From the NCBI GenBank assembly GCA_030597865.1, contig JAUVQZ010000002.1, forward strand, positions 1 through 45,526: a stretch of DNA of 45,526 nt, in the 5' to 3' direction. This DNA is from Pseudomonadota bacterium (lineage in GTDB: Bacteria > Desulfobacterota > Desulfobulbia > Desulfobulbales > SURF-16). Shown piece after piece: positions 1 through 10,396 of this stretch (its first letter is position 1; each line of letters starts with the position of its first letter). Position numbers and translations under genes: made by a program. The notes under the pieces were generated by a model that did no database searches, was not told where the DNA came from, and saw nothing but the letters and a program-made list of their open reading frames with translations.

Positions 1-367
1 CCTCCCGTAGGAGTCTGGTCCGTGTTCCAGTTCCAGTGTGGCGGATCATCCTCTCAGACCCGCTAACCATCGTAGCCTTGGTAGGCTCTTACCCCACCAA
101 CTAGCTAATGGTACGCAAACTCATCCAAATGCGATAGCTTCCAAGGAGAGGCCATCTTTCTTCACTTTATCTTGCGATTAAGTGAACGTATCAGGTATTA
201 GCTAACCTTTCGGTCAGTTATTCCAGACACCTGGGTAGATTATCTACGTGTTACTCACCCGTGCGCCACTTTAATAAGTTCTCCGAAGAAAACCGTTCTC
301 GTTCGACTTGCATGTGTTAAGCACGCCGCCAGCGTTCGTTCTGAGCCAGGATCAAACTCTCCAGTTT
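1..367 (-). rRNA. rrs: 16S ribosomal RNA, 5' portion only (gene continues past the left edge)
   Basis: The reverse complement of 341-360 is AGAGTTTGATCCTGGCTCAG (universal 27F site). The reverse complement of 1-14 is ACTCCTACGGGAGG (universal ~338-351 region). The 5' end is placed by E. coli numbering, +/-5 nt. Confidence 0.95.
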
Positions 368-502
368 AAAATATCAACCAGATTATCTAACCTTGGTTAT
401 TCTCAAAAATAAATTACAAAGTATTTCAAAACCTTAAATATCCCCCCTTGTTATTTATTAACAGGGATATCCAGGGTCCTTTAATTTATCTACTACTATT
501 CA

Positions 503-535
503 GTTTTCAAAGATCGATTCCACACTCGAAGTGTG
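503..535 (-). promoter_or_regulatory. rrn leader antitermination-like elements: boxB-like hairpin followed by a boxA-like sequence
   Basis: On the minus strand there is a hairpin CACAC-TTCGA-GTGTG (535-521), then GATCTTTGAAAAC (515-503), which resembles boxA TGCTCTTTAACA. The order and the position in the 16S leader fit rrn antitermination. Confidence 0.35.
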
Positions 536-672
536 TCCCAGACTCCGTCTGAGCAAGCCGCACAATTAACTAAATTTTTTGAATCCAGTCAATACTTATT
601 TGCAACTTTTTTTTACCGCTCCCCGCCGCGAAATGACCAGCCGAACTGTGTCTTCCCGCTGCAGAGAGCGAC

Positions 673-701
673 AACCTAATGGAACCCCCACACCTTGTCA
701 A
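673..701 (-). promoter_or_regulatory. candidate sigma70 rRNA promoter
   Basis: The minus strand reads TTGACA (701-696), a 17-nt spacer, then TAGGTT (678-673). An A7 tract (UP-element-like, 711-705) lies just upstream. This gives a ~300 nt leader to the mature 16S 5' end. Confidence 0.4.
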
Positions 702-836
702 AGGTTTTTTTGAAGGTAATTATGGCAAAGATGGACACTGCAAAAAAATCCCGCGCTAAAACAGGCAGATATTCTCGCAGCCCATCCTGCTTTTTATCCC
801 GTAAAATCCCGCTGAAACAGCTTTGCCCATCCGCCC

Positions 837-1586
837 CTATCTATTAATAGTATCCGCCATACATCCTGCCCCAAAGCCGTTATCAATATTTACCACTGCT
901 ATTCCAGGAGAGCAGCTGTTGAGCATGCCAAGCAGGGCGGCCAGGCCGCCAAAACCGGTGCCGTACCCCACACTGGTCGGCACCGCGATCACCGGCGTCG
1001 ACACCAGTCCTGCCACCACGCTGGGCAGTGCACCCTCCATGCCGGCAACCACCACCAGAACACGGGCCTGCTTGATTTTGTCGAGACTGGCATAGAGGCG
1101 ATGGATGCCGGCCACCCCCACATCATAGATGGCATCCACCCTATTGCCCAGACACCAGGCCGTGATCCGCGCCTCTTCCGCAACACTCATATCGCTTGTA
1201 CCGGCGCTGACCACTGCCACGACACCGTTTTCATTGAGATCTTCCTTTTGAGGAGGGCGGGCCACCAACATCCTTGCCTCCTCAAAATACTGCACCTCAG
1301 CTATTTCGCCCTCTATGTCCCGGGCCTTGGCCTGATCAACCCTGGTGGCCATGACAACCCCTGGCCTTTCAAGCATTGCCCCCATGATTCCACAGATCTG
1401 CTTGGCCGTCTTGTTCTCGCCGTAAATGACCTCTGGCCTGCCGGTCCGCAGGACACGGTGATGATCAAGGCAGGCGTAACCCAAGGGGTCAGAACTTAAA
1501 CCTTCAATCTTTTTTACGGCATCCTCCACCGGGCATGTCCCCGACCTGACCTGTTGCAAAAGATTTTCAATCGCTGTTTTGTCCAT
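837..1586 (-). CDS. larB: nickel-pincer cofactor biosynthesis protein LarB (PurE-like AIR-carboxylase fold)
   Basis: The 249-aa ORF has the N-terminus ...LLQQVRSGTCPVEDAVKKI...LDHHRVLRTGRPEVIYGENKT and a PurE-like C-terminal half (VVAVVSAGTSD...VVVAGMEGALPSVVAG), typical of LarB. Confidence 0.85.
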   Translation of the reverse strand: MDKTAIENLLQQVRSGTCPVEDAVKKIEGLSSDPLGYACLDHHRVLRTGRPEVIYGENKTAKQICGIMGAMLERPGVVMATRVDQAKARDIEGEIAEVQYFEEARMLVARPPQKEDLNENGVVAVVSAGTSDMSVAEEARITAWCLGNRVDAIYDVGVAGIHRLYASLDKIKQARVLVVVAGMEGALPSVVAGLVSTPVIAVPTSVGYGTGFGGLAALLGMLNSCSPGIAVVNIDNGFGAGCMADTINR

Positions 1587-1777
1587 ATCAGTATTCTCTT
1601 ATACCCAGAGTAACGTTGCCTTCTTGACGGATCTTCTTTTTCGTCTAGAGTAGCATTAACTGTTGCATACCTATTGCCTGTCCATTACTGGATAGACACT
1701 AACCAGTCTCATCATCATATAATAGAAGCAGACCATAATAGATAAATCCTGTTCCATCTAACCTGTACCCAAGCCAT

Positions 1778-2689
1778 ATGCCAACCTCATTTTCCCATCG
1801 CCCTGCCCGCCACTGGCTGCAAATTGATATCTCTGCGCCTGCAGAATTTCTTGAATATGTCAGCCATCACCTGACGCGAATCACCGGCAACGGCGTGCAG
1901 CTCCTCAGCAAGGACGGCAAGGAAACAGTCATTGGCTATCTGGAAAAGGACGATGGATACCCCAGGAGCCGCCAGGAACTTGATGCCTTTACTGCCGAGC
2001 TGAACAGCAAGCTCGACCATCCTCTGGAGCTCAGCCTCGCCACCATAGTTGAAGAAAACTGGGCCGAGAACTGGAAGGCAAACTATAAACCGAGCCGGAT
2101 CACCGCCACCATCACGGTCAAACCCACCTGGGAGGCCTATACCCCCGGAGAAAAGGAGATCGTCATTGACATCGATCCGGGTATGGCCTTTGGAACCGGT
2201 CTCCATGGTTCAACCCGCCTGGCCCTTATCTTTATAGACCAGCTCTTCTCGTCCGCCGCAACACGCCCCCAAAAGGTGCTTGATGTTGGCACCGGCACCG
2301 GCATCCTGGCCATTGCCGCCGCCAAACTCGGGGCCCGGAAGGTGATGGCCGTTGACAATGACATCGACGCTGTGGTGGCGGCCCGGGATAATATAGGGCA
2401 AAACCAGGAAACGAGCCATATCCAGTGCGCAGACACCGAACTCCCAGACCTTGCTGATTCCTATGACCTGGTCATCGCCAATATCACCGCCGACATCCTC
2501 ACGGAACTCTGCCCGGAGCTGGTGAAAAAGATGGCCCCGGACGGCCATCTCATCCTGGCCGGCATCCTCCAGGGAAGCCAAGCCGACAGAATCGCCCATC
2601 GCTTCCAGGCCGCCTCCCTGCACCTGGTTGCCGAGAAAACCGAGGGGAAATGGATCTCCCTGCTCTTCACCAACAATCCTGCCTCCTGA
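1778..2689 (+). CDS. prmA: ribosomal protein L11 methyltransferase
   Basis: The 303-aa ORF contains the IDPGMAFGTGLHGSTRL motif and the SAM-binding LDVGTGTGILAIAAAKLGA, followed by DLVIANI. Confidence 0.9.
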   Translation: MPTSFSHRPARHWLQIDISAPAEFLEYVSHHLTRITGNGVQLLSKDGKETVIGYLEKDDGYPRSRQELDAFTAELNSKLDHPLELSLATIVEENWAENWKANYKPSRITATITVKPTWEAYTPGEKEIVIDIDPGMAFGTGLHGSTRLALIFIDQLFSSAATRPQKVLDVGTGTGILAIAAAKLGARKVMAVDNDIDAVVAARDNIGQNQETSHIQCADTELPDLADSYDLVIANITADILTELCPELVKKMAPDGHLILAGILQGSQADRIAHRFQAASLHLVAEKTEGKWISLLFTNNPAS

Positions 2690-2695
2690 GCCATT

Positions 2696-3421
2696 ATGCG
2701 CCGCTTTCCCATCGCCCCCATCCGGCAAGCCCAAACAACGACCCATCTTGACAGGGAAGAGTCCCGTCATATCCGCAAGATCCTGCGCCTGCAAAAGGGC
2801 GACAGGATCGAGCTCTTTGATGGCATGGGTATGGTGTACCAGGCCACCATCTCTAAAATAGGCAAAGAGGTGGAGGTCAGCATCGAATCGGGCCGGCAGA
2901 GTCTGCCCCCCCAGCCCTATATCCATCTCCACCTGGGACTTCTGAAGGGCAAAAAGATGGATTTTATCATCCAGAAGGCCACTGAGCTCGGGGTCCACGC
3001 CATCCACCCATTCACCTCGGAGTTCACCGAGGCCCGCCTCCCTAAAGGGCAGAAAACAGAGCGCTGGCATAAAATATCCCTGGAGGCCTGCAAGCAATGT
3101 GGGCGCAACTGGCCCCTTATTATCAAGGAATCTGCACCCCTCACCGAGCAGATCCAGGACCTGGCGCGGGACGCAACCTCTCTTCTGCTCTGGGAGGCTG
3201 AAAAAGAACAGGCCTTGGGCGACATCGCCCTCCCCCAAGCGTTGCAAGACCTCCACCTCTTCATTGGCCCAGAGGGGGGATTTTCACCAACAGAGGTGGC
3301 TCTCTGCCGGCAACACATGGCCACCGTCTCCCTTGGCCCCCTCACCATGCGGGCCGAGACCGCCGTTATCGCCGCCCTTTCCCTGGCCCTTTTTTTATCG
3401 GGCCGCATGCACCATAAATAA
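2696..3421 (+). CDS. rsmE: 16S rRNA (uracil1498-N3)-methyltransferase
   Basis: The 241-aa ORF has an N-terminal PUA-like region ([19 protein letters not shown]) and a C-terminal SPOUT motif ([12 protein letters not shown]...[11 protein letters not shown]). Confidence 0.9.
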   Translation: MRRFPIAPIRQAQTTTHLDREESRHIRKILRLQKGDRIELFDGMGMVYQATISKIGKEVEVSIESGRQSLPPQPYIHLHLGLLKGKKMDFIIQKATELGVHAIHPFTSEFTEARLPKGQKTERWHKISLEACKQCGRNWPLIIKESAPLTEQIQDLARDATSLLLWEAEKEQALGDIALPQALQDLHLFIGPEGGFSPTEVALCRQHMATVSLGPLTMRAETAVIAALSLALFLSGRMHHK

Positions 3422-3434
3422 TAGGAGGCAAACC

Positions 3435-3884
3435 ATGCGCGCCGTTGTTCAACTGGTAAAAAAAGGCTCGGTGACCGTTGCCAACGACGAAACCGGCGCC
3501 ATCAAGAAGGGGCTCCTCATCTTCCTCGGTGTCACCAGGGACGATACAAAAAAAGATGCCAGCTATCTTGCCGAGAAGATCGTTAACCTCCGTATCTTCC
3601 CAGACCATGGGGACAAGATGAACCTCTCCCTTGTCGACATTGACGGTGAGGCCCTCATTGTCTCCCAGTTCACCCTCTATGGTGATTGCCGCAAAGGCCG
3701 CCGCCCCTCCTACTCCAAGGCGGCAAGGCCTGAAAAGGCCAAAGAGCTCTACAATTTTTTCATCAAGCAGGTCGAGGGTCTTGGGATCCGGGTTGGCACC
3801 GGCATCTTCCAGGCCATGATGGAGGTCCACCTCATCAACGACGGACCAATCACCCTGCTCATCGACTCTCACAAAGACTTTTAG
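3435..3884 (+). CDS. dtd: D-aminoacyl-tRNA deacylase
   Basis: The ATG at 3435 follows AGGAGG (3423-3428). The product is 149 aa: [15 protein letters not shown]...LLIFLGV...[17 protein letters not shown]...[12 protein letters not shown]. The longer track ORF starting at 3099 overlaps rsmE and is not used. Confidence 0.93.
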   Translation: MRAVVQLVKKGSVTVANDETGAIKKGLLIFLGVTRDDTKKDASYLAEKIVNLRIFPDHGDKMNLSLVDIDGEALIVSQFTLYGDCRKGRRPSYSKAARPEKAKELYNFFIKQVEGLGIRVGTGIFQAMMEVHLINDGPITLLIDSHKDF

Positions 3885-3949
3885 CGCCCCAGCCGGCAAG
3901 GTTCACACCGCGTCCCCTTCGCCCCTTGAAGGTCCAGGCCCAGGACATG

Positions 3950-3982
3950 AAAAAGGCCCAAGAATTTCTTCCTGGGCCTTGC
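3950..3982. terminator. hairpin between convergent dtd and tlpA-like genes
   Basis: AAAAAGGCCCAAG-AATTTCTT-CCTGGGCCTT has a GC-rich stem and an A-run on one side. Confidence 0.5.
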
Positions 3983-4015
3983 AATAGGTGACAACAGCTC
4001 ACTCGTTGGCAGATT

Positions 4016-4531
4016 TCACTCCATCAACTCTTTTAGATCCTCAGCCATTTTTTCATAGGTGGTATAGCCAGGATATTTTTTGACAATCCTTCCCTGCCGA
4101 TTCATGAGAAACGTCGCCGGAATAGTGCCCATTGCCCCGAAACTCCGGGCAACTTCTGGTGTTCCAAGGGCGACCGGGTAATCTATCCCTATCTTTGTAA
4201 CAAAATCAGAGATTTTACGCCTGTCACCCCTGTCCATGGAGATACCGATCACCGTGAAACCATTATCCCTGTTTTCATGATAAAGGCGGATGAGGGATGG
4301 AATCTCCCTTCGACATGGTGGACACCAGGTGGCCCAAAAATTAACCAAGATAACCTTGCCTTGATACTTTTCACTGCTGACAAGCTCAGCAGAGCCACCT
4401 ATCCCAGGCAGTGAAAAGGCGGGCATATTTTTTTCTGCCGCCCAGACCGCTCCCGGGCCCGGCAGGGCCAGCTGGATGAACAAGAAAAACCCCAGCGCCC
4501 GCATTAGATCCCTACCCCTCATCATCCCCAT
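4016..4531 (-). CDS. TlpA/ResA-family thiol:disulfide oxidoreductase (thioredoxin fold, exported)
   Basis: The sequence has a WATWCPPCRREIP active site and an N-terminal hydrophobic signal or anchor. The start is taken as ATG 4531, preceded by GAGGAGG. The track ORF extends to 4585. Confidence 0.85.
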   Translation of the reverse strand: MGMMRGRDLMRALGFFLFIQLALPGPGAVWAAEKNMPAFSLPGIGGSAELVSSEKYQGKVILVNFWATWCPPCRREIPSLIRLYHENRDNGFTVIGISMDRGDRRKISDFVTKIGIDYPVALGTPEVARSFGAMGTIPATFLMNRQGRIVKKYPGYTTYEKMAEDLKELME

Positions 4532-4605
4532 GGCACCCCTCCTCACCCCCAAGACAGGGGCATTCTTATCGTGATTGATCCTCAATCTTCCCCAAGCACA
4601 TCAAG

Positions 4606-5046
4606 CTATGGCCGCACAGCACGGACATATCCGGCCTTTCCCGCTTCATACTGGCGCTCCGGATCGCATTGATCAGAGATGGCCCAGGCGCCGATCATGC
4701 CATCACCATCCTTTTTACCAGACCAGTAGTTTCCTTCTCTATTAAGGGAGATATTACCGTTCTTGTGGAGGTCAAAGAGAAAGTTGAGGTCATAGAGCTC
4801 ATAGATGGTGGGCAGACGCCAATCATCATAGCCGCCAAGGACCAACTGCTCAACAAATGCCTCTGCCTCTCTAAAACTTTTGAACCGCTTACTTCTTTCC
4901 AGCTGCCACATTTGGCCGCTGACATTATCCTGCAGGATGCCTTGGCTCAGGCCAGCGAACCGGGCGCTTTCGCCGGACTTTCCCGCACAGCCCACCACAC
5001 CGGCAAACAGGGCCAACAGTAAACAGGTCATTAAACTTTTTTTCAT
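4606..5046 (-). CDS. DUF1566 (Lcl C-terminal domain) lipoprotein
   Basis: The N-terminus MKKSLMTCLLLALFAGVVGCAG contains a lipobox. The sequence also carries the DDWRLPTIYEL and YWS...GYVRAVRP signatures of DUF1566. ATG 5046 follows AGAGGTG. Confidence 0.8.
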   Translation of the reverse strand: MKKSLMTCLLLALFAGVVGCAGKSGESARFAGLSQGILQDNVSGQMWQLERSKRFKSFREAEAFVEQLVLGGYDDWRLPTIYELYDLNFLFDLHKNGNISLNREGNYWSGKKDGDGMIGAWAISDQCDPERQYEAGKAGYVRAVRP

Positions 5047-5121
5047 GGTCACACCTCTTTCTATGATTTTGGAGGCAAGATCTCCTCCACCTGCCCATCT
5101 TTTCCAAACCCCAGGGCGCCG

Positions 5122-5754
5122 TTAAACAACCACACCCAACAGCGTGCCCAGCTGTTTACCCAAGGCACGCGCTGCAGCAATCTTATCCGGCTGCCTGCCC
5201 AGGTCCGGGATAATCTCATCGGTGATTTCTACACCTTTGCCGTGGAGCATACGTACCGCCCCTGTGCTGCAGGACTCCCCGTAACCGCAGGTAAAACAAG
5301 AGGCAGCACCTTGGGCAGCCACACTCCCCACATGCTTGATCTGATAATAGGGCAGCATCTTTTCAATCATCGCTGCCGGCACCTCGGGCTCAATACCACC
5401 GGTGCTGACGATCACCGCATATTTACCCGCCAGGGAGAGACAATCACGGTGCCGAAATTGACAGAGCCGCTCAAGGAAACAATGACTCAAGGCATTAAGG
5501 GCCGAAAAATAATTCGGCGCGCCGATCACCAAGGCGTCGGCAGCCAGAATTTTGTCCCGCAGCGGCCCCATATCATCCTTGATCTTGCAGATGTTATCCT
5601 TCACACAGCCCAGACAGGCCGAACAGGGGGCTATTTTTTTACCGGCCAAAGAAACAAATTCAACTGCGCACCCCACCGAATCCAGCACCTCATGAACCAA
5701 CCGATCCGTACTCTTACCACGCCGAGGGCTGCCGGAAATACCTAAGACTCGCAT
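5122..5754 (-). CDS. flavodoxin-like NADPH-dependent FMN reductase / iron-sulfur flavoprotein family
   Basis: The N-terminus MRVLGISGSPRRGKST has the FMN-reductase P-loop-like motif. There is a Cys cluster CSACLGCVKDNIC, and GAGGAGG lies upstream of the ATG. Confidence 0.8.
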   Translation of the reverse strand: MRVLGISGSPRRGKSTDRLVHEVLDSVGCAVEFVSLAGKKIAPCSACLGCVKDNICKIKDDMGPLRDKILAADALVIGAPNYFSALNALSHCFLERLCQFRHRDCLSLAGKYAVIVSTGGIEPEVPAAMIEKMLPYYQIKHVGSVAAQGAASCFTCGYGESCSTGAVRMLHGKGVEITDEIIPDLGRQPDKIAAARALGKQLGTLLGVVV

Positions 5755-5803
5755 GCCGCCTCCTCTGTACCAACTAGACGGTACAATTTTATGTCAAAAA
5801 AAA

Positions 5804-6391
5804 TCACTGGCCAAGCATGGCAGCGATGACCACCAGGCACTCCTTCAGATCAGCCTGATCCTTACTTACCCGGGACATCATAATCCCCCCCTCAATGGTT
5901 GCCACGATGGTCTTGGCCATCAAGGCCGAAGATACATTTCCCAGCAACAAACTCCCCTCCCCAGCCATGGATAAATGCCGTTCAATTTCGTCAACCCAGT
6001 GGGCAAAGACGCCATGGATAACCTCGGAAAAACGGGGATTGAGATCACTCATCTCCAAGGCGGCATTACCAAAGAGACAGCCGCCGACAAAATTATTCTT
6101 TTTCTGTTCGGCAAAAATGGCCTGACAGGAATTAACCACCTTGGCACAGGGTGAATGGCCTTGAAAGGATTGGGCGAGGAACTGGAAAAATTCCTCCTTG
6201 GCATCCTCCAAGACCTCCAGGCCGATATCCTCCTTGGAGGCAAAATGGTAATAGAGATTACCCTTCTTGACCCCGCTCGCCTTGATAATGTCGCTGATGC
6301 TGGTGTTATGAAAACCATTGGCCACCAAAATAGCGCGGGTGGTCTTTAATATATGCTCCCGGGTCTTCTCACCTTTTTTCATCTGGGTCAT
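5804..6391 (-). CDS. TetR/AcrR-family transcriptional regulator
   Basis: The helix-turn-helix region reads TREHILKTTRAILVANGFHNTSISDIIKASGVKKGNLYYHF. ATG 6391 follows GAGGAGG. The TTG at 6406 in the track would contain the ribosome-binding site. Confidence 0.88.
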   Translation of the reverse strand: MTQMKKGEKTREHILKTTRAILVANGFHNTSISDIIKASGVKKGNLYYHFASKEDIGLEVLEDAKEEFFQFLAQSFQGHSPCAKVVNSCQAIFAEQKKNNFVGGCLFGNAALEMSDLNPRFSEVIHGVFAHWVDEIERHLSMAGEGSLLLGNVSSALMAKTIVATIEGGIMMSRVSKDQADLKECLVVIAAMLGQ

Positions 6392-6558
6392 GGAACCTCC
6401 TCGCAAAACTGACCGTTCGGTATAAAAATAACCGGGTGTAGTATTTTGTCAACAATAAATTCCCCACCCTGAAACACAAAAGCTTAACATGCTGCATTTA
6501 TTGAACAATAATTGCTCAAAAAAAGACAGGCCTGGAGAGATGCCGTGCGGCCCTGTAT

Positions 6559-7035
6559 TTATCGATTATCCTGATAGGGAAAGAGAGTACGCCAACAACG
6601 GATCATGGAGGCCTTGAGTTCAGGGTCGTCGATATCACCAAGGGACTCCTCAAACTGTGAAAAGTCGCTGACATCCGGAGGCGGCCCTGCCTGACGCAGG
6701 GGAGGCCTTGGGATCTCTTGCGGCCCATGGCCTGGAAGTTTGAGCTGAAAACGGATATCCTCCACCTCAACCGAGTCAAACTCCTTGTTAATCTTGGCCA
6801 GTAGAACGATTTTAAGAAACTGGAGCTGTTGCATCCAGACAGAGTCAGAAACATCAACCCAGAGCACCTTGCCGCGAAACTTGGCAGGGGTGGCGTGCTC
6901 GGCAATATCCTTACCCACCGCCTTGTTCCAGAAGTCAAACACCCCATGGAGCTCAAAACGGTCCTGCCACTTCCGGCGTTTTACCATGGCGCCCAGCAGG
7001 GAGCTGATATGATCGGGGGTATGTTTTCGGGCCAT
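6559..7035 (-). CDS. DUF721 (DciA-like) domain protein
   Basis: The 158-aa ORF shows the pattern ...FWNKAVGKDIAEHATPAKFRGKVLWVDVSDSVWMQQLQF... Confidence 0.7.
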   Translation of the reverse strand: MARKHTPDHISSLLGAMVKRRKWQDRFELHGVFDFWNKAVGKDIAEHATPAKFRGKVLWVDVSDSVWMQQLQFLKIVLLAKINKEFDSVEVEDIRFQLKLPGHGPQEIPRPPLRQAGPPPDVSDFSQFEESLGDIDDPELKASMIRCWRTLFPYQDNR

Positions 7036-7291
7036 GGAGTTATTCGTTCGCTGGATACATAATCAAGTTGATGGCAAAGGGTTCGAGGAATCCTTAAACC
7101 ATGGCGATAGCTTTAGCTATTTAACCGCCGAAGCAATATAATCTGGAAACAATGGGGATAATTGCAAAAGATATTCTTCCCTTGCCCCTTTGCCAAGAAG
7201 TAATTATAGATGGCTTCGTATTTTTTATCTCAAAAAACGTCTGGAGCAGTAGCCATAATCCCCTGCTGCCGACACGTATAGGAGTATTACC

Positions 7292-8386
7292 ATGGGCTTT
7301 CGCTGCGGCATTGTCGGTTTACCGAACGTTGGCAAATCCACTATCTTTAATGCCATGACATCTGCTGGTATTGAGTCGGCCAACTATCCCTTTTGCACCA
7401 TTGAACCCAATGTCGGCATGGTGCCTGTCCCTGACGAACGCCTTAAAAGGCTCGGCGACATGGCCAAGACCAAGAAGACCATCTATGCCCAGATGGAATT
7501 TGTCGATATCGCCGGATTAGTTGCAGGGGCCAGCAAGGGCGAGGGCCTGGGCAATCAATTCCTTGGCCACATCCGCCAGGTGGATGCCATTGCCCATGTC
7601 ATTCGCTGTTTTGAGGATTCCAATATCGTCCATGTGGACGGCGCCATTGACCCCAGCCGCGACCGCGAAGTCATCAATACCGAATTGATCCTGGCCGATC
7701 TTGACACGGTGGAACGCCGCCTCACCAAGACCATAAGCCAGGCCAAGGGCGGCGACAAGCTCTTCAAGGCCCAGGTGGTTATCCTGGAAAAACTCCAAGC
7801 CCTCTTAGATGACGGCAAACCAGCCCGGCTGCTCGAAACCGATGACACCAGCGCCAAGCTCTTAAAGGAACTCTGCCTGCTCACCAATAAGCCTGTGCTC
7901 TACGTGGCCAATGTCGCGGAAGAGGACATTGCCACCGGCAATGAATGGGTCGAGAAACTCAAAAGCGAAGTGGCCGAAGAGCAGGCCCCGGTGGTGGTGA
8001 TATCCGGCGCCATTGAAGAGGAACTTTCCGGCCTTGAGCCCGAGGAACAGGCAGAATTCCTGGCCGATCTCGGCATGGAAACCTCCGGACTCAACCGCCT
8101 GATCAAGGCAGGCTATGACCTTCTCGGCCTTAGCAATTATTTCACGGTGGGCGAAAAAGAGACCAGGGCCTGGACCATTAAGAAAGGGGCCACCGCTCCC
8201 GAGGCCGCCGGTGTCATCCACACCGATTTTCAAAAAGGCTTCATCCGGGCCGAGATCGTGGCCTATGACGATTTCATTGCCTCCGGCGGCGAAGCAGGCG
8301 CCAAAGACAAAGGGCTCTGGCGCCTGGAGGGCAAGGAGTATATTGTCCAGGACGGTGACTGTGTCAATTTCAGATTTAACGTCTAA
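7292..8386 (+). CDS. ychF: redox-regulated ATPase YchF
   Basis: The 364-aa ORF begins MGFRCGIVGLPNVGKSTIFNA, contains FVDIAGLVAGASKGEGLGNQFL, and ends in a TGS-like region. Confidence 0.95.
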   Translation: MGFRCGIVGLPNVGKSTIFNAMTSAGIESANYPFCTIEPNVGMVPVPDERLKRLGDMAKTKKTIYAQMEFVDIAGLVAGASKGEGLGNQFLGHIRQVDAIAHVIRCFEDSNIVHVDGAIDPSRDREVINTELILADLDTVERRLTKTISQAKGGDKLFKAQVVILEKLQALLDDGKPARLLETDDTSAKLLKELCLLTNKPVLYVANVAEEDIATGNEWVEKLKSEVAEEQAPVVVISGAIEEELSGLEPEEQAEFLADLGMETSGLNRLIKAGYDLLGLSNYFTVGEKETRAWTIKKGATAPEAAGVIHTDFQKGFIRAEIVAYDDFIASGGEAGAKDKGLWRLEGKEYIVQDGDCVNFRFNV

Positions 8387-8423
8387 CTGCAGACAACAAA
8401 GGTTCCACGATAATCCGTGATGA

Positions 8424-8474
8424 ACCTAAAAAAGGGGTGGGGGAGACCAATGTCTCCCCCACCCCTTTTTTAGG
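8424..8474. terminator. bidirectional intrinsic terminator (ychF / helicase convergent pair)
   Basis: AAAAAAGGGGTGGGGGAGA-CCAATG-TCTCCCCCACCCCTTTTTT forms a long GC stem flanked by A and T runs. Confidence 0.85.
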
Positions 8475-8527
8475 TTTAGGCAAAATGAACAACTGACAGA
8501 GCTTTACCTCTCCGCCCACTACATTGC

Positions 8528-9865
8528 TCAACCAAGACCAAAGATATTGCTGCCACTGGTGGCGGCGCGCTGATTACCGGATTTTTTGGCAGGACGGCGC
8601 TGGGCCGAGGTGTTCTTGCCCTTGGCAGCGGAGCGTGCCTTGCCACTGCCACCTGAACGACGGCTGGACGTTTTTTTCCTGGCAGCACGCTGGGGGTTGG
8701 CAGGACGGCGCGGTTGACGCGGTGGGCGCGCCTCCTCCACCTCATCCTCCAGGGCAAAACCATCCACCGTAAGTCGGTCAATGGACCGGCCCTGAAGACG
8801 CTCAATGGCCCTGACCATGGTATGGTCGTCATGGCCGATGAAGCTCACGGCGCGACCGCTGCGTTGGGCGCGGCCGGTGCGGCCGATTCGATGGGTATAG
8901 GCCTCGGCGGTTGCGGGCAGGTCAAAGTTAATCACCTGACCCACCAGGGAAACATCAATGCCGCGGGCCGCGATGTCAGTGGCGACAAGCACGGTAAAAT
9001 TGCCGTCACGGAAACCCGTAAGGGCACGCTGCCGTTGGTTTTGCGACATATTACCCTGGAGATCGGTGGCCTTGAGCCCTGCCCTGTTGAGCTTCTTGGC
9101 CAGGTTTTTGGCGCCGTACTTGGTACGGGTGAAGACAAGGGTGGAGCCGTCAGTGGTTTCCTTGATGAGATGCAGGAGTAAGGCGGTCTTCTTCTTTTGG
9201 GCCACCGGATAGAGTGCTTGGCTGATCAACTCCAGGGGCTGTTCAAGTTTGATCCGCACCTCCACCGGGTTGGTGAGGGTTTCATCGGCCAGTTTACGGA
9301 TATGACCCGGCATGGTGGCGGAAAAGAGCAGGGTCTGCCTCTTGCGCGGCAGGTGCTTGAGGATGCGACGGATATCAGGGAAAAATCCCATGTCAAACAT
9401 CTGATCCGCCTCGTCAAGGACCAGGCTCTCCACCTTACTCAGGTCAAGATCATGACTGTTAAGATGGTCAAGGAGGCGGCCCGGACAGGCGATGACCACC
9501 TCAACGCCGCGTCTAAACTCCTGCACCTGTTTGCCCTTGCCCACACCGCCATAGACGGTGACCGACCGCAGGCCAGTACCTTGGGCCAGCTCCTGGAAAC
9601 TCTGGTCAATCTGTTCGGCCAGTTCCCTGGTCGGGGCCACCACCAGGGCGCTCACCTTGCGGCGCGGCCCATCGGCCAGCCGTTGGATGATGGGCAGGGC
9701 AAAGGCGGCCGTCTTGCCGGTACCGGTCTGGGCCAGGCCCAGGACATCCCTGCCTGCCAATACCTTGGGGATGGCCTGTTCCTGGATGGGGGTGGGCGCC
9801 TGGTATCCACACGCCTTAATATTGTCCATAATCTTTGTTTGAAACTTAAACTGGGTGAAACTCAT
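8528..9865 (-). CDS. DEAD-box ATP-dependent RNA helicase (RhlE-like) with a basic C-terminal tail
   Basis: The ORF carries the Q-motif region TPIQEQAIP, AQTGTGKT, DEAD (LVLDEADQM), SAT, ARGID and HRIGRTGR. The C-terminus is Arg/Lys-rich. Confidence 0.95.
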   Translation of the reverse strand: MSFTQFKFQTKIMDNIKACGYQAPTPIQEQAIPKVLAGRDVLGLAQTGTGKTAAFALPIIQRLADGPRRKVSALVVAPTRELAEQIDQSFQELAQGTGLRSVTVYGGVGKGKQVQEFRRGVEVVIACPGRLLDHLNSHDLDLSKVESLVLDEADQMFDMGFFPDIRRILKHLPRKRQTLLFSATMPGHIRKLADETLTNPVEVRIKLEQPLELISQALYPVAQKKKTALLLHLIKETTDGSTLVFTRTKYGAKNLAKKLNRAGLKATDLQGNMSQNQRQRALTGFRDGNFTVLVATDIAARGIDVSLVGQVINFDLPATAEAYTHRIGRTGRAQRSGRAVSFIGHDDHTMVRAIERLQGRSIDRLTVDGFALEDEVEEARPPRQPRRPANPQRAARKKTSSRRSGGSGKARSAAKGKNTSAQRRPAKKSGNQRAATSGSNIFGLG

Positions 9866-10396
9866 TACAACTCCTTGTGGGCTCCATCATCCCGTTATGG
9901 ACAGTGGAACGGTAATATATGCCATGGGCGATAACGCCGAGGCATTGGTTTATATGTCTTACATTTATGGGGATCCGGCGATGGGAAAAACCTCCATGGT
10001 GAGCCGGACACGCACTTGCGGCGTGTGCACCATGGCAGGCGAGAGAGAAGAGGTGGGAAGTATCAAGGGGGGAGCAATGAGCGTCTGCGTCCACCCTTTT
10101 TCTTTTTCAGCTATTGTTCGTTGACCACCATTTTTCAATGCCCAAGGGTGAGCCAAACTAAGGCTACGCCATTGACGTGGCTGGCTGAAAAAGAAGGCCC
10201 ACCATACAGGATGATTGTTGTTTTGACAATCACCTTTAAATAATGTTCCCAACCCACACCTTTTTCAGGGGAAGAATCAGCGGATAGAGCAAAACCCATT
10301 GACCCCATAATAATAATGGTGATAGGTAAAAAAATCCCTGGAGATGAAGGGGATTTTCTGTCATTTTATGGGCCAATCCAAAATCAGGAGTCATAC

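Noticed and set aside
2210-3256. A 348-aa minus-strand ORF.
   Set aside because: It is antisense across prmA and rsmE, both of which have clear family motifs.
3099-3434. An upstream extension of the dtd ORF (261 aa in the track).
   Set aside because: The extension overlaps rsmE out of frame. A canonical AGGAGG-ATG at 3435 gives a full-length 149-aa Dtd.
9197-9934. A 245-aa plus-strand ORF, and similarly 13413..14144 (+), 43447..44193 (-) and 38315..38860 (-).
   Set aside because: Each is antisense to a motif-supported gene: the DEAD-box helicase, the RNase II/R enzyme, adk and phoH respectively.
9866-10396. The 530-nt intergenic region between the helicase and the DUF4438-like gene, with several 75-95-aa ORFs on both strands. 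I checked it for a tRNA, a riboswitch or a small gene.
   Set aside because: I found no tRNA cloverleaf and no riboswitch core I recognise. The ORFs have no ribosome-binding site and implausible composition. It is most simply a long 5' UTR or promoter region for the divergent genes.
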